A stretch of DNA of 47,578 nucleotides. Origin: an uncultured bacterium. GTDB lineage: Bacteria; Desulfobacterota; DSM-4660; Desulfatiglandales; CALKZT01. The first letter of the stretch is position 1; every line of letters begins with the position of its first letter. The position numbers and the translations under genes are program-made. This document shows positions 27,197 to 37,894 of this stretch, one piece after another. The notes beneath the pieces are model-generated. The model saw only the letters and a program-made list of their open reading frames with translations. It was not told the origin of the DNA and did not search any database. The stretch covers positions 1 to 47,578 of the forward strand of contig CALKZT010000059.1 in the NCBI GenBank assembly GCA_938002815.1, written 5' to 3'.

Positions 27197-28276
27197 CTAA
27201 AGGGTCTCCAAGAATGCCTCAAGCCGGGTGAGGTAGGCCATATCCATACCTTTTGTGGGTTCCATCTCCAGATGCAATGTATTGAGCCCTTCCCTGTTTA
27301 GGACGGAAATAAGAGTAGGTAGATCAAAGGATTCGGGCTCACAGAATTTCACTGTACCGAAGAGCACCCCCTTTACATCCGCTGACCTTGCCCTTTGAAT
27401 CAGGTAGTCTGCCCTCTCACCTAAATCTAATCCCCTTGTGGGGCAGGGAGGTGTGGAAAAGTATCTGTAGGCCAGCTCCTCATAGGGATCTTCTGAAGTT
27501 TCTGTCCTATTGGGAAATCTCCTGGTCAGAAAAAGGCTATCTTCGGCCACAATCCTTGCCTTTAATAGATCCAGCATCTCTATTAATTCCACCTCATAAG
27601 GGTAGATACCCGATATGAACACCTTGGGACCCAAATCCTTATTGGGGCTCATCTCCTTGGAGATCTCACCAAAGGCCTCTAAGATGTCATTGGGGAGTAG
27701 GTAACCGAATCCCTTGATGAGATCTAATAGGGCCCTGTTTTTGGACGGAAAGAGATCCCTGGTCAAAAGTTCGAAAAGCTTCCGATAGGCCTGATAAACC
27801 TTGGCCATTTCATTTAACCATCTTGTTATCTCCGACCCCTCTGCCTGTGTCCCAAAGGCCTCCAGATCTCTCTGGAGGACTTTTAGTACCCTTTTTAAGT
27901 ATTCAAAACTGCTCTTCCTATAAGGGCCCTTTGGCGGATAGAAGAATATACATGGCAAGGAGGTGACTGGAAGCAGGTCCTTTATAAGGGTCCCTAAGTT
28001 TTGAAGGGAATCGCAGGTATGGGGTACCAGAATCCCATCTATCAGGCCCTTGGGTAGGGCCATCAAAAAAGAGATGGCCCTCTTTACTATCCCACACACA
28101 GTGTGCTGAAGATGGCGGTATGCAAAAGCGGTATCTACTCTTGGGTCCCATATCTCCACAGGGAGTATCTCTGCCCCCAGCAATATCTCTTTGGGGTAAT
28201 AGCCGGGCAAGATACCAAAGACCTTCCATCCCTCCTCCTTCTTTCGGAGGAGATATGGGATGCGTTGGGGGATCAT
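27197..28276 (-). CDS. 2-hydroxyacyl-CoA dehydratase / benzoyl-CoA reductase family subunit (HgdB/BcrC-like)
   Basis: PHTCDS, KFCEPE and TRLEAFLE; three-Cys pattern. Confidence 0.88.
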   Translation of the reverse strand: MIPQRIPYLLRKKEEGWKVFGILPGYYPKEILLGAEILPVEIWDPRVDTAFAYRHLQHTVCGIVKRAISFLMALPKGLIDGILVPHTCDSLQNLGTLIKDLLPVTSLPCIFFYPPKGPYRKSSFEYLKRVLKVLQRDLEAFGTQAEGSEITRWLNEMAKVYQAYRKLFELLTRDLFPSKNRALLDLIKGFGYLLPNDILEAFGEISKEMSPNKDLGPKVFISGIYPYEVELIEMLDLLKARIVAEDSLFLTRRFPNRTETSEDPYEELAYRYFSTPPCPTRGLDLGERADYLIQRARSADVKGVLFGTVKFCEPESFDLPTLISVLNREGLNTLHLEMEPTKGMDMAYLTRLEAFLETL

Positions 28277-28289
28277 TGGGGTATTGGGA

Positions 28290-29018
28290 CTATGCTATTG
28301 CATCCTCAAAGGTTGTATATATGGGTAATCTTTCCAGTTCACTAAAGCCTTTCAGCTCATTTGCCATCTGCTGAGATCCCACAAGCTTTACTTTCACCTT
28401 GTTCTTTTGGCATTCCTCGATTACCTGTAATATCACTTTCACAAGGGAGACATTTATATCTGCCACATTAAGGAGATTAAGCAAACATATGCCTGTTTTA
28501 GCCAAGGATTCCATAGTTTTCTTTAGAACATTCTCAATCTCTACCATAACAACCTTTGTAATTTTATCGGGCAGATTAATTATATAATAGCTGTCTTTCT
28601 GTGAAATATACCTCTCAAGAAGCTCGTCTGTCTTATCTTCTTTTTTAGGCTCTAACTTTAGTATCTTTTCTGCCCTTTGAATAAGCTGCTCACCTTTGAA
28701 TGGCTTAACTATATAATCGTTAACTCCGAGTTTTACAATTCTAAGAACATTATCTCTACCTGACTCTGCGGTGAGCATTATAACAGGTATAGCTTTCAAA
28801 GTTGGATCCGCCTTCATCTTTTCCAACATCTCAACACCGTTCATGACAGGCATCGTAAGATCTAAAACCACCAAATCAGGTTTTATTTTAGAAGCAAGAG
28901 AAAGACCTTCTACACCATTTTCTGCTTCAAAAACCTCGCAATCATAGGGAGAAAATGCCCTTTTTACTATAGTTCTTATCGTTTTACTATCATCAACTGT
29001 CAGGATCTTTAATGTCAT
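28290..29018 (-). CDS. Response regulator: REC domain plus STAS-like C-terminal domain
   Basis: VDDS, LDLTMP (phospho-Asp), LTAE and KPF. The C-terminal alpha/beta domain ends IYTTFEDAIA, as STAS domains often do. Confidence 0.85.
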   Translation of the reverse strand: MTLKILTVDDSKTIRTIVKRAFSPYDCEVFEAENGVEGLSLASKIKPDLVVLDLTMPVMNGVEMLEKMKADPTLKAIPVIMLTAESGRDNVLRIVKLGVNDYIVKPFKGEQLIQRAEKILKLEPKKEDKTDELLERYISQKDSYYIINLPDKITKVVMVEIENVLKKTMESLAKTGICLLNLLNVADINVSLVKVILQVIEECQKNKVKVKLVGSQQMANELKGFSELERLPIYTTFEDAIA

Positions 29019-29038
29019 AGCATTCCTCCTTCAAAAAT

Positions 29039-29509
29039 TTAGGCTCCTCTTTTCAGAAAGACCTCTACAATAATTCTACCTCCATCTGGTTCAAAACCAA
29101 ACTTCTCCCGCGTATCCCACTGTAGGGATTCCACCCTAAAGTCAGAACCCTTTGTGACAGAGGGTATGGAAAGTTCACAGGGGAAGCCAGCGTCACAGAA
29201 TCTGGATTTCAAATACCCTCCTATCATGTTACTCAACTCTCCCACCACGTCATTTACCTCATCATCACCCTCGATGTCTTCTGGGGAAAGGCCCAACATC
29301 CCTGCTGCCAGCACCTTGCTCAACTGATCCGAAATATGTATGTTTACGCTTCCCAGTATTGCCCCTGCAAAACTTACAGAACCCACCACCTTTGAACCTT
29401 CAATGGTATCCGTAGGGGATATCTCCACAGGCTTTATGCCCATAGAGAGCATCTTATCAAAGACCTCTTTTACTCCGTTTGTCACAAAGGATCTCAAATC
29501 AATTCTCAT
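29039..29509 (-). CDS. cheX: CheX-family phosphatase
   Basis: GSVSFAG, DVVGELSNMIGG (ExxN motif) and LSIPSV. Confidence 0.9.
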   Translation of the reverse strand: MRIDLRSFVTNGVKEVFDKMLSMGIKPVEISPTDTIEGSKVVGSVSFAGAILGSVNIHISDQLSKVLAAGMLGLSPEDIEGDDEVNDVVGELSNMIGGYLKSRFCDAGFPCELSIPSVTKGSDFRVESLQWDTREKFGFEPDGGRIIVEVFLKRGA

Positions 29510-29527
29510 ATCCTCCTCCTCTCATCG

Positions 29528-30751
29528 CTAACGTTCCTCCCTAAAGAGGGGTAACATAATGGTAATCTTAGTGCCTTGTCCAGGTTCACTGGTGATTTCA
29601 ATCTTACCACCGTGTTCTTCTAAGACGTTGTAGACCATAAATAGTCCCATCCCCAATTTCCCGTTCTTAGTGGTAAAAAAGGGTTCAAAGAGCTTGTTTG
29701 ACACATCTTCTGGTATGCCCTGGCCTGTATCCCTTAAGGTGATAATCACTGTCTCGGACTCTTCATTGGGCGTCAGGGAGACAAAGATCTTCCCTCCCCC
29801 TGGCATTGCCTCAAAGGAATTCTTGATGAGCGATACAAAGGCCTCCAGAAGAGCTATCTCACTTCCCCAGATAAAGAGCTCATTGTGGGGCACATCCATT
29901 TCTATCTCTACATTGGCCTTCTCTGCCTCTCCCTTTACTACCCTTAAGACCCTCCCCAATAACCCAGAGACACTCACAGGCCTTTTGGGCACGTTCCCCA
30001 GGTCATAGGCCTTTACCAGGGACTTCACTATGGCCTCTATTCTGAGCCCTTGCTCAATGATCCTCTGGGCATATTTGGAATAGGGGCTACCCCCCTTATC
30101 CTTGGCAGCTATCAACTGGGCGTTTCCCAGGATCACATTTAGGGGGTTCAGTATCTCATGGCTTGCCCTCGAGGCAAGTCTTCCCACAGAGGCCATCTTT
30201 TCTGCAAACATTATCCTTTCCTGGGCATCCTGTAATGCCTGATGTTCCCTGGCCAGCTGGTTATAAACCTCTATGTTTTCTAAAAGGAGAGCTACCTGAC
30301 GGGAAAGAAAGGAAAAAAGGGTCATTATCTCATATGTAATCTCTTCCCACTTGGTGGGGCTTATCAACATGGCCATCCCGTATGTATTTTTTAGGGTCAC
30401 AAAGGGCAAGATGACGAGGCTCTTGTCCGTAAACTTATAGGGAGGGACCATCGAAGGTTGCCTTCTTTTTAAGATCCAGGCCAAAATCCCGGATTCTATC
30501 AGATAATCTAATTCCTCTACTACCTCCTCCTTCTCTAACTCTCCATGCCACTTCTTTAACTGAAACTCCTTGGACTCACCCTCTAAGATGAAAAATGCAA
30601 CCGCATCAAGGGGGAGTATAGACCTAATATACTCCTCCAAGGGTTCCCAGAGCCTCTCCAAACCAAGCCTTATGTCTGTCTCCTCTTGGAAACCTATTAA
30701 CTTGTCCAATTTCTCCAGGAGGTCTAAGGTGGCAGGGAAACTGATCCGCAT
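29528..30751 (-). CDS. Cytoplasmic sensor histidine kinase (GAF-like, HisKA, HATPase)
   Basis: EKMASVGRLA..SHEILNPL H-box, KNSFEAM N-box, DTGQGI, FEPFFTTK and GMGL; no TM segment. Confidence 0.93.
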   Translation of the reverse strand: MRISFPATLDLLEKLDKLIGFQEETDIRLGLERLWEPLEEYIRSILPLDAVAFFILEGESKEFQLKKWHGELEKEEVVEELDYLIESGILAWILKRRQPSMVPPYKFTDKSLVILPFVTLKNTYGMAMLISPTKWEEITYEIMTLFSFLSRQVALLLENIEVYNQLAREHQALQDAQERIMFAEKMASVGRLASRASHEILNPLNVILGNAQLIAAKDKGGSPYSKYAQRIIEQGLRIEAIVKSLVKAYDLGNVPKRPVSVSGLLGRVLRVVKGEAEKANVEIEMDVPHNELFIWGSEIALLEAFVSLIKNSFEAMPGGGKIFVSLTPNEESETVIITLRDTGQGIPEDVSNKLFEPFFTTKNGKLGMGLFMVYNVLEEHGGKIEITSEPGQGTKITIMLPLFREER

Positions 30752-30752
30752 G

Positions 30753-31613
30753 TTAGGCAGATATCTCCAATGAACTCTCTTTTAGATCCAAATAGACCCC
30801 CCTTGCCCTCGCAGCTATGGGCATCATGTCAGACAACTCTAGCCCAAGACTCTCCCATGCAGTGGGAGAGATCTCGTAGGGGACCACATCCTCCCCCAGG
30901 GCAAGTTCTATTGCCTTTGAAATGACATCGGCCACATGCACTGCATAAACTATCTTCTGATTCTGCTCGAGCCCATCCAAGACGTGGTGGAATTCCATAA
31001 CATCTTGAAGCTTCTTGGGTAATTTCCAATAGCCTGCAAGGAGTTTCCCTATATTGTCATGGGATGTCCCAAAGGCCTCCTCTTCTAATACCCTTTCATG
31101 CACGTTCTCTTCTCTACTTCTTTTTATGATCTCCTGGTACCTTTGAGGAAAGCTCATAAACTCCACCACCTTTCCTATGTCGTGAAGGAGACCTGCCACA
31201 AACAGCTCTTCCAGATCGTTATACTGGATCCTTTCCCCTATGACCTTAGAGACCACCCCACAGCAGAGGGCATGATTCCAAAGCTGTTCTGCCTCCATCT
31301 TAAAGCTCACCCCTTTTGTCAAGATATCCAAAAGCGAGGTGGATAGCAGAAGATTCCTTATGGCCTCGAATCCCAATAGAACTATTGCACCTGTAACGGT
31401 GGTAATCTTTTGGGGAAATCCATAGAAAGAGGAGTTCACCAATCTCAAAAGCCTTGCTGTCAGTATCTGGTCCTCTGAAATAAGGGATGCCAGCTCTTTG
31501 GCAGAGGTCTTGGGGTTGTTGACTGCCTTCGAAATCTTGAGTACGTATTGTGGCAGGGTGGGGAGGTCCTTTATCCTCTTTACAAAGAGGCTTGAATTAG
31601 CCGCCTTCTCCAC
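30753..31613 (-). CDS. HDOD domain protein
   Basis: LPTLP, LTARLLRLVNSSFYG, AGLLHDIGK and WKLP. Confidence 0.92.
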   Translation of the reverse strand: MEKAANSSLFVKRIKDLPTLPQYVLKISKAVNNPKTSAKELASLISEDQILTARLLRLVNSSFYGFPQKITTVTGAIVLLGFEAIRNLLLSTSLLDILTKGVSFKMEAEQLWNHALCCGVVSKVIGERIQYNDLEELFVAGLLHDIGKVVEFMSFPQRYQEIIKRSREENVHERVLEEEAFGTSHDNIGKLLAGYWKLPKKLQDVMEFHHVLDGLEQNQKIVYAVHVADVISKAIELALGEDVVPYEISPTAWESLGLELSDMMPIAARARGVYLDLKESSLEISA

Positions 31614-31935
31614 GATTCTCCTCGACGGAGGCCAACTCCAGTGCCACCTCCCTTAACTGGCCCATAAGAGAATTTTGGGCATAGGGGGAAAAACGGAGTA
31701 ATATCCTCTCTCGAATATCTGCCCTGGGTTCCTGTTCAGGATCTGAATCCCTTTGGTCTGCCCACACATAGACCATATCCACCCCCCAGTTCTTGAGTAG
31801 CTTGATCTTTCTTTCGTCTAACGCTGAGTCCTCCTTTAAGAGCAGGGTACCTTGAAAGTTTCTCACGGCCCGGGAAACCACCATCCCGGGCTTCAGATCC
31901 TTTACCTCCACTAACCTCTGGTTCATCCTATCCAT
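31597..31935 (-). CDS. Small hypothetical protein resembling the N-terminal module of HD-GYP/HDOD-associated proteins
   Basis: VKDLKPGMVV...GTLLL...L motif; overlaps the HDOD start. Start 31935 or 31926. Confidence 0.7.
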   Translation of the reverse strand: MDRMNQRLVEVKDLKPGMVVSRAVRNFQGTLLLKEDSALDERKIKLLKNWGVDMVYVWADQRDSDPEQEPRADIRERILLRFSPYAQNSLMGQLREVALELASVEENRGEGG

Positions 31936-31943
31936 GGAGGAAC

Positions 31944-31971
31944 AGTATCAAAGAGCCATATTGTGTGTCAA
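31944..31971 (-). promoter_or_regulatory. Putative sigma70 promoter for the signalling/dehydratase cluster
   Basis: Minus strand TTGACA-N16-GATACT, ending 8 nt before ATG 31935. Confidence 0.45.
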
Positions 31972-32301
31972 GAGAAGCAAAGCGGTTGAAGAAGACCATC
32001 CCCTTTGGGTATCCAAAGGGATCTTCAAAGAGAGCTCTCTTTGTGCCTAACCTTAGTAGGCCTCTTATACCCACCACGGCCCCAAAACCTAACCCTGCCC
32101 CCAATTCAAGAACAGCTTCTCCTTTAGGTCCCCACACCCTAAATCCACAGGGGGAGGCTTTTTTCATCCCCATGGATATGGTCTTCTATATTTAGGGGCT
32201 TAGGGAGCCCAAGGCCTCTTGTGCAGATTCCCACATCTGTGAGCCCTTTTTTGTCCCTCTTTTTGAATTCCTATAAAGCAAAAGCCCACCAAGCCACCTT
32301 T

Positions 32302-33451
32302 CTAACTGCCCAAGACCATCCTTAGCTCTCTATTTTCCAAGGATTGGCCATTCTTTTTCACATAGAGATAGGCCTCTATGAACATATCTATCTCGCCATC
32401 CAGTACGGCTTCCACATTACCCACTTCCAAGTTTGTACGGTGGTCCTTTACGAGCCTATAGGGATTAAAGACATAGGAGCGAATCTGATTCCCCCAAGAG
32501 ATCTCCTTTTGGTTTTGGTGTAGCTCCTGTTTCTTTGCCTCCTTTTTCTTCTTTTCCAGCTCATATAGCCTCGCCTTGAGGATCTTCATGGCCATCTCCC
32601 TGTTTCTGTGCTGTGATTTTTCGTTCTGGCACTGCACCACTATTCCAGTAGGTATGTGAGTGATACGGACCGCAGAGCTGGTCTTGTTTACGTGCTGACC
32701 CCCAGGGCCACTGGCCCTGAAGGTATCTATTCTCAGGTCCTTTTCATCTATCTCGATTACTATCTCCTCACCCACATCAGGATAGACGGAGACAGAGGCA
32801 AAGGAGGTATGCCTCCTCCCACTGGCATCGAAGGGAGATATCCTCACGAGTCTGTGGATCCCATTTTCTGCCTTGAGGAAACCATAGGCATAAGGTCCAA
32901 TCACTGTAAAGGTGACATTCTTTATACCCGCCTCATCTCCGCTTAAGATGTCATTTACCTGAACCTCCATGTGATTCCTCTCTGCCCAGCGGGTATACAT
33001 CCTAAAGAGGAGCTGGCACCAATCTTGGGCATCTGTGCCACCTGTGCCTGCATTTATTGCAACTATGGCATTCAGCTTATCCTCAGGGTCTTCCATTATG
33101 GCCCTCAGCGTAAGGCCCTGGACATCTCTCTTTAGGGATTTTACGAGATCAGAGGCCTCCTTCAGGGAGGGGAGGTCTTCTTCTTCCAAGGCCAGCTCTG
33201 TAAGTACCTTTGCCTCTTCAAGCTCCCTTTTGAGCCTTGTCCAAACCTCGATCTTCTCTAATAGCCTGCTCCTCTCCTGGTTGATCCTCTGTATCTCCTC
33301 CTGATGCCTTGTCCAGAAATGGGGGCTCGACATCTCTGATTCAAGTCTCTTTAGATCCTCCTCTGCCTTTGGGATCTCAAAGACACCCCCTAAGGGTATT
33401 TAACTGCTCCTGTATCCCTTTTATCTCATCCAGCAGATTTAGCTCCAGCAT
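32302..33451 (-). CDS. prfB: Peptide chain release factor 2 with programmed +1 frameshift
   Basis: ATG 33451 (AGGAGG SD) opens 24 codons ending AGG GGG TGT CTT TGA. The +1 frame continues EIPKAEED... into the ORF carrying the SPF and GGQ motifs. Confidence 0.96.
33376..33391 (-). other. prfB +1 ribosomal frameshift cassette (internal SD AGGGGG, then CTT TGA G)
   Basis: Minus strand reads AGG GGG TGT CTT TGA G. Confidence 0.92.
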
Positions 33452-33489
33452 CCTAACCTCCTACCTTTCTTAAATGGGATCCATAGGTT

Positions 33490-33518
33490 AATTTAGGGGA
33501 CTGATGGGAATCCTGCAA
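33490..33518 (-). promoter_or_regulatory. Putative sigma70 promoter for prfB
   Basis: Minus strand TTGCAG-N17-TAAATT. Confidence 0.4.
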
Positions 33519-33540
33519 GTTAGAATTCCCCTCTTCAAAC

Positions 33541-35361
33541 CTATTCTAATCGTAATGAGGCCTTTTCTGTCACCCAGAAAATGTAAGTTGGGGCCTTGAT
33601 CCTGCCAGTTTGGTCAAAGCTGGCCCCCTCTTTATAGGCCACATCCCTCTCTCCCCTCAGAATTGATAGCAGGGTCCAATAGCTGGATATACCGAAGAGG
33701 GAAGGATCTTTGCCTGAGGCCTCATAGAATCTCTTTGCCATGCCTGAGATGGGTATACTCTCAGGGATGGATGTGGGATATATGGCCGTGGCAATCAATC
33801 CTTTGAAATTGTTAGCCCTTATGGTAGTTATCAAATCCTTTGGGTTCAAAAAGTCAGAAGATAGGACCACCTTCTGGGAGATCCCCATCCTCCCCAATTC
33901 CGCTAAAACCATGCCCACACCATTTAGGTTATCTGGAATGAAGATTGCGTCCACACCCCTCAGAGATCCTTCATATCTCCCCAGGTCTATCCCATCCAAG
34001 TTGAAGGAGGCCTCTAACTTGATAACCCCTCCATTATAGGTAGCCGCCTCTTTAAACCTCTCTACCAGCACCTTTCCATAAGGGGTCTCAGGATATATTA
34101 TTGCGTAGTTTTCTATTCCCAAATCCCTGATTGCCTTCTTGAGCAGGCCGGCTAACTGATCGAGGGGAGAGATGAGGCCACAATAAAACTGACCTTCCCT
34201 TTCGGCCAGTTCAGCCCTTTGGGTAAAGGCATACACAGGGAGATTTATACCCTCTTCCTTCAATCTCGCCTTTAAGGCAGCCACCTGATCTCCCCCGATA
34301 GGGCCCACGAGGACATCTACACCCTTTGAAAGGAGCTCCATGAGGCCCTCAAATAGGAGCTCCTCTTGGGATTTCGTATCAAATAGGATCAATCTATGCC
34401 CTTCAGCCCTCCCCCCCTCTTCCGATCTTAGATCTTCAAGTGCCAGCTGTGCCCCTAATAGGACCTCTTTTGCCAGCTCTGCATAAGGGCCTGAAAGAGG
34501 TAAGAGCATACCTATCTTGAGGCCCCTTTCTCTCCCTTGATACCCCTCTTCTCCCTTTGGACTACCCCTACCCAAAATCCCCTTGACCCTTTCTGAGACC
34601 TCAGGGCCAACCCCCTTCTTTAAGAGCTCGTCACCGATGGCCTTTGCCTTGGCCATTTCCCCTAAGGAGCTAAACCTTTCCATTAGGGCAAGCTCTATTT
34701 CAGGAAGACTCCCCGGGGCAATCCTCTCCCTCAACAGTTGGAGCTCAGAGAGCCCTGCCTTGGGTATCAGCTCCAGTATCAGATCCTTTACCTTCGGATA
34801 CCCCTCGGAAGAGATCTCCAGTATCTGAGAGGCGTATTTGAGAGAGGCTCCATAGTCACCTAATGCCTCGTAGTCCTTGACCAAAAGCCAAAGGGCCTCT
34901 CCCTTCACAGATCCTGAAAGCTCCTGGCCCAGCAATTCCCTCAATGTCCTTATGGAGTCCTGATAAAGCCTCATTTGGGCCTGAAGGGAAGCAAGTTTTA
35001 GACCAATTTCAGCCCTCTTTTGGTGGTAGGGATGGCCGTAGAAGACATCTCCGAAGAACTTTATGGCCTCCTCAGGCCTCCCCAGCCTCTCATAGGACTC
35101 CCCGCACTTGATCTTTATATCAGGGGCATGAGGAGAGTTGGGAGAGTTTCTCAGGTAGTCCAGGTACAGCTCCAGTGCACTTTTATATTCACCTCTGAAA
35201 AAGTGCTCATCTGCCTTTGCCAGCTTTGAGCTGCCCCTGTCATAGTCAGGGGGTGCAATTGCAGGGCGTGCACATCCATAAAGCAGAAAGGCGGTGGCCA
35301 CAAAGAATGCGGCCACCGCCAAGATCCCGTATGAATTATTTGACCTCTTCAAAGTCCGCAT
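33541..35361 (-). CDS. Lipoprotein with TPR region and type-1 periplasmic-binding domain (LpoA/LppC-like)
   Basis: Lipobox LLYGC after a hydrophobic stretch; TPR-like helices; [23 protein letters not shown] and AIFIPD motifs. Start reassigned to ATG 35361 (35352 TTG is an alternative). Confidence 0.82.
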   Translation of the reverse strand: MRTLKRSNNSYGILAVAAFFVATAFLLYGCARPAIAPPDYDRGSSKLAKADEHFFRGEYKSALELYLDYLRNSPNSPHAPDIKIKCGESYERLGRPEEAIKFFGDVFYGHPYHQKRAEIGLKLASLQAQMRLYQDSIRTLRELLGQELSGSVKGEALWLLVKDYEALGDYGASLKYASQILEISSEGYPKVKDLILELIPKAGLSELQLLRERIAPGSLPEIELALMERFSSLGEMAKAKAIGDELLKKGVGPEVSERVKGILGRGSPKGEEGYQGRERGLKIGMLLPLSGPYAELAKEVLLGAQLALEDLRSEEGGRAEGHRLILFDTKSQEELLFEGLMELLSKGVDVLVGPIGGDQVAALKARLKEEGINLPVYAFTQRAELAEREGQFYCGLISPLDQLAGLLKKAIRDLGIENYAIIYPETPYGKVLVERFKEAATYNGGVIKLEASFNLDGIDLGRYEGSLRGVDAIFIPDNLNGVGMVLAELGRMGISQKVVLSSDFLNPKDLITTIRANNFKGLIATAIYPTSIPESIPISGMAKRFYEASGKDPSLFGISSYWTLLSILRGERDVAYKEGASFDQTGRIKAPTYIFWVTEKASLRLE

Positions 35362-37231
35362 CCACCACGTCTTCGTCCTTGCGTCTCTGGGAAGATTGCT
35401 GACTTGAGGTCTCAGCCTGCTGCCCTGTGGCCCTTGCGTACATGGCCTCTGCAAGCTTATGGGACTTCTGGGTGAGGTTGTCACACATCCTCCTGATATA
35501 GGCCGCATCATTGCCCTCCATGGCCCTTCTCAGCTCCTGAATGGCCGCATTGATATCATTCTTGGTCGCCTCATCCAGTTTGTCACCCAAGTCCCTTACG
35601 GACTTCTCAGTAGTGTATATGAGGTTATCCGCATTATTTCTTGCCTCCGCAAGCTCCTTTTTCCTCCTGTCCTCCTCTGCATACATCTCACTTTCCTTGA
35701 TCAGCTTTTGGATCTCCTCTTCTGTGAGACCGCTGGAGGCGGTTATCTTTATGGACTGCTCTTTCCCTGTGGCCAAGTCCTTCGCAGAGACATGCACAAT
35801 CCCATTGGCATCTATATCAAAGGTGACCTCTATTTGAGGAACACCCCTTGGCGCCGGCGGTATGCCCACCAGCTGGAACCTACCCAGTGTCTTGTTATCT
35901 GCAGCCATGGGCCTCTCCCCTTGCAAGACATGGATCTCCACGGCAGTCTGGTTGTCCGCGGCTGTACTGAATATCTGGCTCTTCCTGGTAGGTATTGTGG
36001 TATTCCTCTCGATCAGCTTTGTAAAGACTCCTCCCAAGGTTTCAATCCCCAGGGAGAGGGGAGTGACATCCAAGAGCAAGACATCTTTCACCTGTCCCTT
36101 TAGGACACCTGCCTGGATTGCAGCACCCACAGCCACCACTTCGTCTGGGTTTACACCCTTGCTGGGCTCTTTACCAAAGATATCCCTTACGATCTCCTGG
36201 ACCTTTGGCATCCTGGTCATCCCACCCACCAGGATCACCTCATCTATGTCAGAGGGTCTAAGCCCTGCATCCTTTAAGGCAATCTCACATGGTGGGATAA
36301 GCTTCTCCAATAGATCCTCCACAAGGGATTCCAGCTTGGCCCTTGTGAGTTTCATGGTGAGGTGCTTTGGACCACTTGCATCTGCCGTAATAAAGGGGAG
36401 ATTGATCTCGGTCTCGAGGGTACCACTCAGCTCCATCTTTGCCTTTTCAGCAGCCTCCTTTAACCTCTGAAGGGCCATCTTGTCGTTTCTGAGATCTATA
36501 CCATATTCCTTCTTGAACTCCTCGGCCAGGTAATTTACTACCCTCAGGTCAAAGTCCTCACCACCTAAGTGTGTGTCCCCATTGGTGGACTTTACCTCAA
36601 ATACACCCTCTCCTATCTCCAGGATGGAGATATCAAAGGTCCCACCCCCCAGGTCAAAGACCGCTATCTTCCTGTCCCCCTTCTTATCCAGCCCATAGGC
36701 CAGAGAGGCAGCAGTGGGCTCATTGATGATCCTCTCCACCTTTAGCCCGGCTATCCTGCCAGCATCCTTAGTGGCCTGGCGCTGGCTGTCATTGAAATAG
36801 GCAGGGACTGTAATCACAGCCTCTGTCACCTTTTCCCCAAGGTAGTCCTCTGCGGTCTGCTTCATCTTTTGTAGTATCATTGCAGAGATCTCTGCCGGGC
36901 TATAGGTCTTTCCCCTCACAGAGATATGGGCATCCCCGTTTGGGGCCTGGACTATCTTATAGGGTAGGATCTTTATGTCCCTTTGCACCTCAGGGTCATT
37001 GTATTTCCTACCTATGAGCCTCTTTACTGCAAATATGGTATTGAGGGGATTGGTTATGGCCTGCCTCTTGGCTGCCTGTCCCACGAGCCTCTCTCCACTG
37101 TCAGTAAATGCTACAATGGAAGGTGTTGTCCTACTACCTTCTGCATTGGCGATTACAACAGGTTCTCCCCCTTCTATCACTGCAACACAGGAATTCGTGG
37201 TACCCAGATCTATTCCCACTATCCTTCCCAT
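35336..37231 (-). CDS. dnaK: Chaperone DnaK
   Basis: [31 protein letters not shown] and C-terminal [11 protein letters not shown]. Confidence 0.99.
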   Translation of the reverse strand: MGRIVGIDLGTTNSCVAVIEGGEPVVIANAEGSRTTPSIVAFTDSGERLVGQAAKRQAITNPLNTIFAVKRLIGRKYNDPEVQRDIKILPYKIVQAPNGDAHISVRGKTYSPAEISAMILQKMKQTAEDYLGEKVTEAVITVPAYFNDSQRQATKDAGRIAGLKVERIINEPTAASLAYGLDKKGDRKIAVFDLGGGTFDISILEIGEGVFEVKSTNGDTHLGGEDFDLRVVNYLAEEFKKEYGIDLRNDKMALQRLKEAAEKAKMELSGTLETEINLPFITADASGPKHLTMKLTRAKLESLVEDLLEKLIPPCEIALKDAGLRPSDIDEVILVGGMTRMPKVQEIVRDIFGKEPSKGVNPDEVVAVGAAIQAGVLKGQVKDVLLLDVTPLSLGIETLGGVFTKLIERNTTIPTRKSQIFSTAADNQTAVEIHVLQGERPMAADNKTLGRFQLVGIPPAPRGVPQIEVTFDIDANGIVHVSAKDLATGKEQSIKITASSGLTEEEIQKLIKESEMYAEEDRRKKELAEARNNADNLIYTTEKSVRDLGDKLDEATKNDINAAIQELRRAMEGNDAAYIRRMCDNLTQKSHKLAEAMYARATGQQAETSSQQSSQRRKDEDVVDADFEEVK

Positions 37232-37248
37232 CACAATCCTCCTATATT

Positions 37249-37833
37249 TTAATCATTTTTTCCCTTGCTTTTACTGATAACCACTTTAGACGGCCTCAGC
37301 AACCTGTCATATAACATATAGCCCTTCTGGAGTTCTTCCAAAACGATCCCTGAATCCCCCTCATGTTCCACCTCTGCCAATGCCTCATGGAAATTGGGAT
37401 CAAAGGGTTTCTCCTTGGCATCTATCCTCGTGACACCAGCCTTTTCAAGGACCTCGTAGAAGCTCTTTAGGGTGAGCTGAAGCCCTTCCTCCACAGACCT
37501 TTTGTCAGAGCCCCTTTTGAGATGCTCCATGGCAGATTCCAGGTTGTCCAAGACCATCAAAAGTGACCGCAATAGGTTCTCGCTACCAAACTTTAGGTAA
37601 TTCTCCCGGTCCTTCTGGAATCTTTTTTTGAGATTTTCCATCTCTGCGTAAGCTCTCAGATATAGATCGTAGTTCTTTTGTACCTGCTCTTCCAATTCCT
37701 TCAACTTCCGATACACCCCTTCCTCTGACTCTGGGCTCTTCAAGGCCTCCAGCGGAGCCCCTTCCCCATCTTTCAGTTCATCGTCCTGTATCTCTACCTT
37801 TTCAGGTGTAGACCCTTCCATTTCAGGGATCAT
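37249..37833 (-). CDS. grpE: Nucleotide exchange factor GrpE
   Basis: [21 protein letters not shown] and [15 protein letters not shown]. Start at ATG 37833 with a GGAGG SD. Confidence 0.96.
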   Translation of the reverse strand: MIPEMEGSTPEKVEIQDDELKDGEGAPLEALKSPESEEGVYRKLKELEEQVQKNYDLYLRAYAEMENLKKRFQKDRENYLKFGSENLLRSLLMVLDNLESAMEHLKRGSDKRSVEEGLQLTLKSFYEVLEKAGVTRIDAKEKPFDPNFHEALAEVEHEGDSGIVLEELQKGYMLYDRLLRPSKVVISKSKGKND

Positions 37834-37894
37834 ATAAACCCTCCAGTTGAACTCTTTACTCTCTATGATCCAAATGGGCACAACGGCCTTTGGA

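Noticed and set aside
25119-28276. Calling the trio benzoyl-CoA reductase (bcr/bzd)
   Set aside because: Only one ATPase subunit and no aromatic-degradation genes nearby; the substrate cannot be assigned.
31928-32301. ORFs 31928-32173 (-) and 31965-32195 (+), or a pseudogene between prfB and the signalling cluster
   Set aside because: No recognisable family in any frame, and a TTGACA-N16-GATACT promoter lies inside the ORF. A decayed gene cannot be excluded but is unsupported.
35362-35511. 50-aa N-terminal extension of the lipoprotein ORF
   Set aside because: It lies inside dnaK in another frame; the signal peptide and lipobox place the start at about 35361.
35459-36470. Long antisense ORFs opposite dnaK (also opposite ffh and ftsH)
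   Set aside because: Typical shadow ORFs arising from codon bias in conserved genes; no SD or motifs.
37834-37894. CIRCE element upstream of grpE
   Set aside because: Only a weak half-site resemblance (GAGTTCAA); no inverted repeat.
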